NCBI GenBank assembly: GCA_002269645.1
Contig: NIVC01000856.1
Span: 248,001 to 312,000, forward strand
DNA length: 64,000 nt
From: Macrostomum lignano
Taxonomy: Eukaryota
Direction: 5' to 3'
In this document: positions 47,801 through 59,316 of the stretch, one piece after another
Numbering within the stretch: position 1 is the first letter of the stretch
How the letters are laid out: each line of letters opens with the position of its first letter
Made by a program: the position numbers and the translations under genes
Notes under the pieces: generated by a model
Seen by the model: the letters and a program-made list of their open reading frames with translations, nothing else
The model's database searches: none
Told to the model about the DNA's origin: nothing

Positions 47801-50800
47801 TGAGCAAATCGACAGGCCAGCCTTCAGACCCAACAATCGGCAAACGTGCTACCGATGCGGCGAATTCGGGCACCGAAGTTGCGATGCGGCCGTAGGGAAA
47901 CCTGCAGCATCTGCAACAAACCGGGACACCTTGCCAAGGCCTGCATGTCCAAGCGAAACTCAAGAGACCGCGTGCACATCCTCTATGATCAAAGGCGGCA
48001 GGACCCGGAGAGCTTCAGCAGTCTACCGAGCGACGATGAGGTGTTCTGTCTGGCTACAGACAAACTGCCGCTGCTGACAGTCTCAATCACGGCCAGCGGC
48101 TGGAAGCTCTCGTCGACAGTGGCGCCAGTTGCAATGTCATCGACATGGCGACCTTTCAGGAGATCAAGACTGGTAAGACGCCACTTCGGCTGCCAGCAAG
48201 GCGGCTTTATCCTTTCGGCTCTCGGTCGCCCCTGGAAACTGCCGGCAGGGCTAAGCTCCTGGTCAGCGTCGGCGGCTCGAAGGACATGGTCGACTTTACA
48301 GTGGTGCGCAACCAGGGCGTCACCATCCTGGGGAGGGCGACGAGTGAGAAATTCGGCGTATTGCGAGTTGGGCTAAAAAGAAAGACGCACATCAGCAGAA
48401 TTGGCAGCGCTGGCGGAATCGAAGCAGCTGAACTTGAGTGTCTGGAGAGCTACTCCGCAAATCTTCCAACTGACCAACTCGGTCAAGCGTTCAACTACCA
48501 CCGAACAGAAGTTTTAACAGCCAAACCGTCGCTATCCACGCTACCGAAGTCGGCATGGTCGATCATCAGTGTCGATTTTATCGGGCCCGTCAACGGTCGG
48601 CATTTCCTTTTGATCGTGGACCAGCACTCGCGCTACCCCATCATCGTAGCAATGAAGTCGATTACAGCTGTAGGCACGATCAATCAGCTGAAATAGATCT
48701 TCGCTATGTTCGGTATTCCGAAGCAAATCATGACCGGCAGCGGTCGGCCATTATCTTCGGAAGCATTCATCCAATTCGTCACCAGTCACCGGATCGGTCA
48801 CGACCGCATCAAGATGCTGCATCCAGAGGCCCAACGCATCACAGAGGACATGAAGCGGCTCCTAAACAATCTGCTCCGCTCCTCCAGCGCCCAAGGAGCT
48901 GCCTGGAGTGTTGCGCTGCGAGACTGGCTCGCCGCGTACAGCAGGACCCCAAACATCGACACGGAAGCCGCGCTAGCTGATCTGCTGTTCAGGAGACCGG
49001 TCCATCACTGCGCCAGCTGATCTGCTGTTCAGGAGACCGGTCCATCACTGCGCCAGCTGATCTGCTGTTCAGGAAACCGGTCCATCACTGCGCCAGCTGA
49101 TCTGCTGTTCAGGAGACCGGTCCATCACTGCGGCCCAGAGACTGGCTAACCAGCGGAGGCCGAGGCTACTATCGCCGATCGTACGCTGTGTTCATTCAAC
49201 ATGGGACAAGTCACGAGCTTTGATTATTTAACTATTGCGAATACGAGCCTATTTTAAGTGCACTTCCTTCTTTTTAATTTCCTTCGAAAATTCGTGTAGG
49301 GGAAAGATGTTGTACTCTATTCTACCTTGCGCCCTGCGCCCTTGTCAATTTGTAATGTACATCAAACTAATGTACATCCACAATACTCAAGTGCACGTTG
49401 CTCTCGGAGCGAACCCTTAGACTTCAAATATAGAAATCGTATTCAATGCCCAAATAGGGGCTAACTTCTTATTCAGCAAATTCTACTGGCCTCGCGTCGA
49501 TTACTACACACAGGTTTCTAACAGGTGTCTAACAGGTGTCTAGCAGGTCTCTAACAGGTGTCTAACAGGTGTCTAACAGGTTTCTAACTGGTGTCCATCA
49601 GGTGTTCAACAGGTCTCAATCAGGTATCTTACAGGTGGCTGACATGCAGGTGTCTAACAGGTTGCTAAAGGATGACTTTGGTGTCCAATAAATGTTTAAG
49701 AGGTGTCTAACAGATGAAAAAGGTATCGAAGCAATTTAACAGTGTACAAAGATATCTCTCAGTCCAATAGGTGCAGTCTAACATCAGCTTAACTCCCACA
49801 ATGGAACCGAACTTCAGCTACCCAAATTCTCCGGCGTGATGGGCGGCGTCAACTTCGCCGGCACGCTGCGCAACACCGACTCGACTTTCGCCGTCACGCA
49901 GCTGCAGTTCAACTCGGCCGGGGTCGCCAGCAGCGCTAAGGTTTCCGCGAGCGAAGAAACTGCCCAATATTTTCTCGCACTACTAACAGTAGTTTTCAGA
50001 CATGAAATATTTAATTTACGCTTTTCCAACTGCAGGTTGGCACCTGGACTCGAGCCGGAGGACTCGCTGGCGACGTTTCATCAGTTGAACTGACCTACCT
50101 GACCAAGCGGACTCTGAATGTCCGGCTCATTCACGTGAGGAGGCTGCGACCTACTTTTTAGTGAATATGGGCTCGAGGATGACAGTAGATGGGAGAAACA
50201 GATGAGAGGGAGGGAATTAGGCGACACAAGAGAAAAAGTAGATAGTGAGATGGTGCAAAATTGGCAGAGAAATAGGCAACGAGAGGGAGAAAAGTCGGCA
50301 ACGGGAGGGAGAGAAGTAGGCAACGGGAGGGAGAGAAGTAAGCAACGGGAGGGAGAGAAGTAAGCAACGGGAGGGAGAGAAGTAAGCAACGGGAGGGAGA
50401 GAAGTAGGCAACGGGAGGGAGAGAAGTAGGCAACGGGAGGGAGAGAAGTAAGCAACGGGAGGGAGAGAAGTAGGCAACGGGAGGGAGAGAAGTAGGCAAC
50501 GGGAGGGAGAGAAGTAAGCAACGGGAGGGAGAGAAGTAGGCAACGGGAGGGAGAGAAGTAGGCAATAAAAGGGAGAATCAAGGGGAGGGAGAGAGGTAGG
50601 CAACCGGGAAGAGAAGTAGGCAACGGAAGGCATGGAAGTAGGCAACAAGATAAGAGAAGTTGGTATCGAGAGGGATATAAGAAAGAGAGGGAGAGAAGTA
50701 GAGGGAGAAGTAGATAAATCAGCTCAGTTCTACAGCCGCTCCACTCCCGCCCCAGGACCCGCCGTTCGTGATCAAGCTGCCGAACGGCACCTTCACCGGC

Positions 50801-51237
50801 TACAGCGTCGAAATGCTGCAGGGCATCGCGGAGCGGATGAACTTCGACTACAGGCTGGTTGAGCAGCCCGACGGCGCCTACGGAGTCATGCTGGCTAACG
50901 GCAGCTGGAACGGCATGATGGGGGCGCTTGAGCGGGGGGTGAGAGTCATGTGTGACATTGTGACGGAAAATTGTATTGTATTATTTGTATTGAGGTATGG
51001 AAGGAAGAGGATTAGGGCTTGGATTTTTGAGATTTCAAAGTAAAAGTGAAACTGAAAGCGTGATGGAGATTGTGAGTGAGAGTGAGAGTGTGAGAGTGAG
51101 AGTGAGAGAGTGAGAGAGGGAGAGAAAGAATGAGAGTTAGACTGAGAGTGAGACGGAGACTGAGTGATAACGAGAGTGAGAGTAAGGGAGAGTGAGAGTG
51201 AGACGGAGACTGAGTGATAACGAGAGTGAGAGTAAGG

Positions 51238-51268
<31 letters not shown>

Positions 51269-51298
51269 GAGAGTGAGAGTGAGAGTGAGAGTGGGAGT

Positions 51299-51344
<46 letters not shown>

Positions 51345-54300
51345 AAGAGAGAGTGAGAGTGAGAGTAAGAGAGAGTGAGATAGAGAGAGAGAGAGAGAAG
51401 AGAGTGAGAGTGGAGAGTGAGAGTGAGAGTAAGAGTAAGAGAGAGTGAGAGTGAGAGTGAGAGTGAGATTAAGAGAGAGTGAGATAGAGAGAGAGAGAAG
51501 AGAGTGAGAGTGAGAGTGAGAGTAAGAGAGAGTGAGAGTGAGAGTAAGAGAGAGTGAGAGTGAGAGTAAGAGAGAGTGAGAGTGAGAGTAAGAGAGAGTG
51601 AGAGTGAGAGTAAGAGAGAGAGAGAAGAGAGTGAGAGTGGAGAGTGAGAGTGAGAGTAAGAGAGAGTGAGAGTGAGAGTGAGAGTAAGAGAGAGTGAGAT
51701 AGAGAGAGAGAGAAGAGAGTGAGAGTGGAGAGTGAGAGTGAGAGTAAGAGAGAGTGAGAGTGAGAGTGAGACAAGCTCAGATCGAGCACCCAGTTCAACC
51801 CTGGATTCCCAACCCGCTGCCAGGACGCGGACATGGCCATCGGGCCCATCACAATCACGGCCCAGCGGGAGCAGGTCGCCGACTTCTCCGTGCCCATCTA
51901 CGACTACGTGTCCCTGCAGATCGTGCTCAAGAAAGCGGCCGCCAGCAACGATCAGACCTTCTTTTTGAAGGCCTTCACCTGGGACGTGTGGGTCTGCATT
52001 ATTGCGATTGTCACCGTGACCGGCTTCCTCATCTTCTTTGTGGACAAGTGAGAGTCTTGAATCATTTTTTTGCTGCCGTCATCGGCGCCACAAACTGTTT
52101 GGGGATTGGCGCCACAAACTGATGAAGGATTGGCGCCACAAACTGATGGGGGATTGGCGCCACAAACTGATGAAGGATTGGCGCCACAAACTGTTTGGGG
52201 ATTGGCGCCACAAACTGATGGGGGATTGGCGCCACAAACCGATGAAGGATTGGCGCCACAAACTGATGGGGGATTGGCGCCACAAACCGATGAAGGATTG
52301 GCGCCACAAATTGATGGGGGGCTGGCGCCACAAACTGATCGGGGATTGGCGCCACAAAGCTTCCATCCTGACGGCCATAATTGAGAATAATGATTATGAA
52401 GAATGCCGCCCACACAGAACAACGGATGCCGCCCCCACAACAAAGGATGCCGCCCCCACAACAAAGGATGCCGCCCACACACAACAAAGGATGCCGCCCA
52501 CACACAACAAAGGATGCCGCCCACACAAAACAAAGGATGCCGCCCACACACAACAAAGGATGCCGCCCACACACAACAAAGGATGCCGCCCACACACAAC
52601 AAAGGATGCCTCCCACACACAACAAAGGATGCCGCCCACACACAACAAAGGATGCCGCCACCACACAACAAAGGATGCCGCCACCACACAACAAAGGATG
52701 GCGCCACCACACAACAAAGGATGGCGCCACCACACAACAAAGGATGGCGCCACCACACAACAAAGGATGGCGCCACCACACAACAAAGGATGGCGCCTCC
52801 GCAACTAAAGGGCCAGAGATCGGCGCCCCCAACGCTCGTCCCCGCCCACCCCGCTAATCCAGGGTGAGCCCGTTCTCCTTTCAAAACCGCTACCGCAACG
52901 ATCAAGTCCGAGACGGCGAGGCCGAAGGCAAGGTGTTCACCGTGAAGGAGTCGCTCTGGTACGTGCTCGGCGCCTACACGCAGGCTGGCGAGAGCTTCGA
53001 TCCCCGCTCGATGTCCTGTCGAACCATCATCGTGGGATTCTGGCTGTTCGGCTACTTGATGATGTCACTTTACACCGCTAACTTGGCCGCCCAGCTCACT
53101 GTTGACAAGCTGGTGCAGCCGCCGCAGGGATTCGACGAGCTCACCACCCAGGCCACGGTGAAGTACACCGTGATCAAGGATACGGCCGCCTACGAGCACT
53201 TCCAGCGGATGATGAACGCCGAGAAGAATCTGTACAGATATTGGCTCACCAGCGGCATCGGGAATGAGGAGACTGTCAACGAGGTGGGTTGATGGGGAAT
53301 GGGGCTGCTGGGGGATTGAGGGAAAGATAGAGGGGAAGATGGGATAGAGGGGAAGATGGGATAGAGGGGAAGGTGGGATAGAGGGGAAGGTGGGATAGAG
53401 GGGAAGGTGGGATAGAGGGGAAGATGGGATAAGATGGGACGGTGGGATAGATGGGAAGATGACATAAGAGGGGAAGATGGGATAGAGTGGAAGATGGGAT
53501 AGAGTGGAAGATGGGATAGAGTGGAAGATGGGATAGAGTGGAAGATGGGATAGAGTGGAAGATGGGATAGAGTGGAAGATGAGATAAGAGGGGAAGATGG
53601 GATGGAGGGGAAGACAGGATAGCTGGGAAGATGGGATAAGAGGGGAAGATGGGATAGAGGGGAAGGTGGGATGGAGGGGAAGATGGGATAGAGGGGAAGG
53701 TGGGATAGAGGGGAAGGTGGGATAGAGGGGAAGGTGGGATAGAGGGGAAGATGGGATAGAGGGGAAGGTGGGATAGATGGGAAGATGGGATAAGAGGGGA
53801 AGATGGGATAGAGTGGAAGATGGGATAGAGTGGAAGATGAGATAAGAGGGGAAGATGGGATGGAGGGGAAGACAGGATAGCTGGGAAGATGGGATAAGAG
53901 GGGAAGATGGGATAGAGTGGAAGACGGGATAAGAGGGGAAGATGGGATAAGAGGGGAAGATGAGATAAGATGGGAAGATATATGATAGAGGGGAAGATGG
54001 GTCGATGGGAAGATGGGATAAGATGGGACGGTGGGATAGATGGGAAGATGACATAAGAGGGGAAGATGGGATGGAGGGGAAGACAGGATAGACGGGAAGA
54101 TGGGTGGAGGGAAAATGGGATAAGACGGGAAGATGAGATAAGATGGGAAGTTATATGATAGAGGGGAAGATGGGTCGATGGGAAGATGGGATAAGATGGG
54201 ACGGTGGGATAGATGGGAAGATGACATAAGAGGGGAAGATGGGATGGAGGGGAAGACAGGATAGACGGGAAGATGGGTGGAGGGAAAATGGGATAAGACG

Positions 54301-57245
54301 GGAAGATGGGTGGAGGGAAAATGGGATAAGACGGGAAGATGGGAGAATGGCAATTTAAGGTGTGAAGAGAAAGTGTGACAGAAGCCATTCACAGAGGCAG
54401 TAACACCCAGTACGCATGCGACAAGCTCCGCAAATGCAATGCCAGCTGGAATGACAACAATCAGGTGGCAGCCCTGGAGACCTGGAAGTACCCGGTTATC
54501 GAGCGCTACACGTCCGTGTGGTCCCGAATGACCCGCTGGGGCTTCGCCGACAGCACCGAGGACGCTTTGAAGAAGATTCGACAGGACGGCATGGCGGTCT
54601 TCCTGGACAGCGCGCTGGTGAAGTACTACTCGGCCCAGTCCTGCGACCTCATGACCGTCGGGGAGCCGTTCGCGCCGAGGCCCTACGGCGTAGCGTTGCG
54701 CCAGAAATCGCCGCTGTTGAAGGCGTTGAATATTGCGTGAGTGCAAGAATGTACACTCTGATATGTGCACTCCAATATGTACACTCCAATATGTACACTC
54801 CAATATGTACACTCCAATATGTACACTCCAATATGTACACTCCAATATGTACCCTCCAATATGTACACTCCAATATGTACACTCCAATATGTACACTCCA
54901 ATATGTACACTCCAATATGTACACTCCAATGTGTACACTCCAATATGTACACTCCAATATGTACACTCCAATATGTACACTCCAATATGTGCACTCCAAT
55001 ACGTGCACTCCAATATGTACACTCCAATATGTACACTCCAATATGTACACTCCAATATGTGCACTCCAATATGTACACTCCAATATGTGCACTCCAATAT
55101 GTACACTCCAATATGTACACTCCAATATGTACACTTAAATTACATGTTAAAGTCACCTCACAACCACAGCAGCTCAACTGATGACATCCCACACAGCCAT
55201 GCAAAGTACAAAAACATTTTTTTTCGATTTTTCTTCCCAATTATCTGCACCGCTGATGGGATAATTATCACCTCTGGGGATCAATCCCTCTGTCTTTAGT
55301 GTCAAATATCCTCAATAGATTTGCATTCCTTCTTCTAATTATTCCCAGCTAAGGTCTCACCTTTCCAAATATCGCAAATCTATCCAGGTAAGCCCAGCTC
55401 AGGGCCGATAATCTTGAATACAAATTGCTTGTTGTTAATCCGGGGAAAACGATCCCAAATCCCAATCTCAAATGACCTCGCGCAGAGTTCTCGGTCTGAA
55501 CGAGAACCGGGTGACGGACTCGCTCAAGCAGGCCTGGTGGTCGGCCAACAAAGTCACCTGTCCGACTAGCGACTCCTCGTCTGGTGAGCCCAACTTTTCT
55601 TGCTTACTACTCAATTCCAATGGATAGTAGCGAGATAGGGGTATTTTTCTATTTTGTATAATCTATGCAATATTTTTTAATTATTCATTACCAGCTGTTC
55701 TGACATCCACACTATTTCATCTGACATCATCACTATATCACCTGACATCCTCACTGTCTCACCTGACATCCTTAATGTCTCACCTGACATCCTCAATGTC
55801 TCACCTGACATTCTCAATGTCTCACCTGACATTCTCAATGTCTCACCTGACATCCTCAATGTCTCACCTGACATCCTCAATGTCTCACCTGACATCCTCA
55901 ATGTCTCACCTGACATCCTCAATGTCTCACCTGACATCCTCAATCAATGTCTCACCTGACATCCTCAATGTCTCACCTGACATCCTCAATCAATGTCTCA
56001 CCTGACATCCTCAATGTCTCACCTGACATCCTCAATGTCTCACCTGACATTCTCAATGTCTCACCTGTCTCACTTGCAAAAGCGGCAGTTTTGAACTCCC
56101 ATCAAATTCTAACAAAAAACGTCTCAAATTATAATCAATTCGAAAATTTTTGCCAGGCCTCAGCCTGCAGACTCTCGGCGGCGCCTTCATCTTCTTCTGC
56201 ATCGGAGTCGGCATCGCCATCATCGTCTTCATCGGCGAGAAAATCGTAGCCAAAATCTACGGCGTGGAATGGGCGAAGGATGTAAGTGAAGAGATGCCAG
56301 AACCCAGTGTGATGGGAGACGCTGAAACCCAGATCCAGATTCACATCCGGTGTGAGACCTCATAACATCCGGTGTGGAACCCCACAACATCCGGTGTGGA
56401 ACCCCACAACACCCGGTGTAGAACCCCACAACACCCGGTGTGGAACCCCACAACACCCGGTGTGGAACCCCACAACATCCGGTGTGGAACCCCACAACAT
56501 CCGGTGTGGAACCCCACAACATCCGGTGTGGAACCCCACAACATCCAGTGTGGAACCCCACAACATCCGGTGTGGAACCCCACAACATCCGGTGTGGAAC
56601 CCCACAACATCCGGTGTGGAACCCCACAACATCCGGTGTGGAACCCCACAACATCCGGTGTGGAACCCCACAACATCCGGTGTGGAACACCACAACATCC
56701 GGTGTGGAACCCCACAACATCCGGTGTGAAACCCCACAACATGCAGTGTGGAACCCCACAACATCCGGTGTGGAACCCCACAACATCCGGTGTGGAACCC
56801 CACACCATCCGGTGTGAGACCGCACAACATCCGGTGTGGAACCCCACAACATCCGGTGTGAAACTCCCTACCCCCCAACCCGCAGGAGACCAAGCAGACC
56901 AAGCAGAACACGCTGATGATGATGGTCGGCCCGTCCACCGCCACCCTCCGAGCCTCGAATTCGTCCATCCGGCCGGCCACCGGCGGCCTGCCGCGGCCGG
57001 TCGTCGGGCACCACCGGTCCAGCGGCCGGGCGAGCAGTCGGGCGAGCGGCCGTCGCAGGAGCAGCGTCGGCCCGTCGGCCGCCTATCGGGTGAACGGCGA
57101 TGACGATGGCGGCAAGTCGACCGCAGCAGCCGCCCCCACCAGCGCCGAGGACATCGAGCTGGGCAGCAAGCCGGATGCGTCCAACTCCGCTGCTGGTGGT
57201 GTCGACAACGTCGTCGAGAAAGGTGTCGACGTGCCACCAAAGTAA
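44841..57245 (+). CDS. Ionotropic glutamate receptor superfamily, IR25a/IR8a-like; exons 44841-44940, 45698-45850, 46553-46656, 49818-49940, 50036-50134, 50756-50938, 51824-52047, 52863-53283, 54411-54736, 55486-55583, 56157-56281, 56886-57245
   Basis: Signal peptide MRQLWPLTLTVCLLGG; S1 DPPFV...GSWNGMMGAL...DMAIGPITITAQREQVADFS; M1; pore WYVLGAYTQAG; M3 SLYTANLAAQLT; S2 with the insert AEKNLYRYW...LETWKYPVIERYTSVW, resembling IR25a LAVWDYPVSDKYTKMW; M4 LSLQTLGGAFIFFCIG. All junctions are phase-consistent. Confidence 0.92.
45020..45655. repeat. 24-bp minisatellite, IR intron 1
   Basis: Unit gagaggggaacagagagggtgtcc. Confidence 0.95.
45900..46512. repeat. 19-bp minisatellite, IR intron 2
   Basis: Unit gagacacaaacagcagcta. 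Confidence 0.95.
46755..49790. repeat. 11-bp degenerate repeat (ctaacaggt[g/a]t)n split by an LTR insertion, IR intron 3
   Basis: Present at 46755-47090 and 49510-49790. Confidence 0.85.
47092..49508 (+). mobile_element. Ty3/gypsy-like LTR retrotransposon, internally deleted (no RT/RNase H)
   Basis: 201-bp TG...CA LTRs at 47092-47292 and 49308-49508, identical by eye; 5-bp TSD cacag; PBS-like tggcg at 47294; polypurine tract aggggaaaga before the 3' LTR; broken gag (PPEPFD...RWEDW, CCHC knuckles CYRC/CSICNKPGHLAKAC); protease VDSGA near 48112-48126; integrase core WSIISVDFIGP...IVDQHSRYP with a stop at 48694. Confidence 0.95.
50275..50715. repeat. 22-bp minisatellite, IR intron 5
   Basis: Unit ggcaacgggagggagagaagta. 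Confidence 0.93.
51070..51772. repeat. (GAGAGT)n-type repeat, IR intron 6
   Basis: Direct inspection. Confidence 0.93.
52080..52800. repeat. Two related 24-bp minisatellites, IR intron 7
   Basis: ggcgccacaaactgatgaaggatt (52084-52360) and gatgccgcccacacacaacaaag (52400-52800). Confidence 0.92.
53320..54345. repeat. 17-bp purine-rich minisatellite, IR intron 8
   Basis: Unit gatgggatagaggggaa and variants. Confidence 0.92.
54750..55135. repeat. 14-bp minisatellite, IR intron 9
   Basis: Unit gtacactccaatat. Confidence 0.95.
55695..56070. repeat. 21-bp minisatellite, IR intron 10
   Basis: Unit tctcacctgacatcctcaatg. Confidence 0.93.
56342..56862. repeat. 22-bp minisatellite, IR intron 11
   Basis: Unit catccggtgtggaaccccacaa. 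Confidence 0.95.
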
Positions 57246-57624
57246 AGCGATCGGGTCGGATCGGGGTTAATGTTTTCTGAAATTCAAATTCACTGACAAA
57301 ATGAATTATACTTTACAGACGCAATTGATATTACTGACAGTAGCACTCGGCACCATAAGCAAACGATTCACCGAAAAATATTATTTTCAATTTTTTTTCA
57401 ACACAAAGTTGCAATGAGTAAGTAGTATAGCCTGTGTTTTTTACTTTTTTGTATTTTTTCTTTGTTCGAGTCTTTTCAATCTATCGCATTATTTTATTTA
57501 TATAGTAATAAATATTTCTGACACAATATGGTTGCTGTGCAACTATTGACTGCGTTGGCTGGTCAAGGGTCACTCTATTAATGCTGCTGTGTATTTATGA
57601 TCTACCCGGATGTGCATCCTGACA

Positions 57625-58245
57625 TACAACCTGACCCCATCCTGACTCATGGCCCACTGCTGACCCACTCCTGATCCGTGTCCTGACCTACTCCTGATCC
57701 GTGTCCTGACCTACTCCTGATCCGTGTCCTGACACACTCCTGATCCGTGTCCTGACCTACTCCTGATCCGTGTCCTGACCCACTCCTGATCCGTGTCCTG
57801 ACCCACTCCTGATCCGTGTCCTGACCTACTCCTGATCCGTGTCCTGACCTACTCCTGATCCGTGTCCTGACCTACTCCTGATCCGTGTCCTGACCTACTC
57901 CTGATCCGTGTCCTGACCCACTCCTGATCCGTGTCCTGACCTACTCCTGATCCGTGTCCTGACCTACTCCTGATCCGTGTTCTGACCTACTCCTGATCCG
58001 TGTCCTGACCCGTGTCCTCACCCATGTCCTGACCCACTCCTGACCCGTGTCCTGACCTACTCCTGATCCGTGTCCTGACCCACTCCTGACCCATGTCCTG
58101 ACCCACTCCTGATCCGTGTCCTGACCCACTCCTGACCCATGTCCTGACCCGTGTCCTGACCCATGTCCTGACCCACTCCTGACCCACTCCTGATCCGTGT
58201 CCTGACCCACTCCTGACCCATGTCCTGACCCACTCCTGACCCACA
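57625..58245. repeat. 23-bp minisatellite decaying to 12-bp sub-units
   Basis: Unit tcctgacctactcctgatccgtg. Confidence 0.93.
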
Positions 58246-58472
58246 TTCTAACCGACATATAAAAAGGACTAATATAATAAAGCCCATATTTGTCTACTAG
58301 CCTCTTTAACCAGCCAACGCTACAAGCAGATATTTTTCTGCGCCATGCTTGACGAACCACGCCTGATAATTTATCCACTACGACGAGCAAATGCCTTTAA
58401 ATATTTTATTCACATTCAGGACACAGAGCGCCTTTGACTATTTATTAAAATCTGCCAGCAAATTCTTCACCT

Positions 58473-59316
58473 ATGACTATGATAAGTACTTCCGGCGCCT
58501 CAGCCTAAGTAAAAAGGCTCTTACGCCACTAGAGATAATTTAGATTCCAGATTGGGAGTGTACTCATGTACACTAAAAGCCAATTAGACTATAGAGGACT
58601 GTACAGGGCAATAACATAAAATCCAAACCTCCCCGGGAGACAGTGACAGCGGTTCGACGAACCAGTCAGGAGCCCGTGCCCAAAAACCAGGTAGAAGGCC
58701 CCTTAGCCTGTTAGGGATGGCCCGAAGGCCTAGAGCCGTGGCAACCATGCTGGTGCCGACCGCCCACCACCCCCGGGTACATATCAAAAACCTCCCCGGG
58801 GCCAGAGGGGGTTGAGTGAACAATTCAGGGAAGCCCGTGCCTACTCCTGGGTTAGAAAGCCAATGCCGGTCATTTGACCGCCCCCCACGGCCGTGGCAAC
58901 CCGAAGGAGCCTCCCCCCCAACTAAACCCCGGGTACTCTTGCCAACAGACAGTCTCTTATCTTTGAAGCGGCAGGAGGGCTAATCGCCGGGACTGTTTCA
59001 CCCTTTGCTTCGCCAACCCGCCATTTCTATTGTGACCGTGCCAACGGTCTCGTCCTGCTCAGACTCAGTCCTGGTTCTGGCACACTCCAGCTTTAATAGG
59101 GTCGCTGGCTGTACGCTCAGAGGGCGCCTGAGGGATACCGTCAGAGCACCTTGGTACAGGTATAGGCCTGCCTTCCTATACAGCTACCCACAGCCCTTCC
59201 CGATCCACTATTACCCTCCAACCCAGCCTACTCACTCATTACAAGCTTTCAGCCAGGCAGAGACAAGTTTCACAGGAGTGACTGCGGTTAGGCGTCTCTA
59301 TGCGAGACAAAACCAG
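58473..59316. mobile_element. 844-bp insertion flanked by a 16-bp direct repeat (probable retroposed non-autonomous element)
   Basis: agcaaattcttcacct at 58457-58472 and 59317-59332; GC-rich interior with no recognisable ORF. Confidence 0.6.

Noticed and set aside
53190-55106. 638-aa minus-strand ORF and overlapping long ORFs
   Set aside because: Antisense read-through of intronic satellites and an IR exon; no stops only because the repeat units lack them.
58855-58875. Twister ribozyme (gccaatgccggtc recalls a known twister segment)
   Set aside because: The remaining twister elements and pseudoknots could not be placed, and the stretch is absent from module A.
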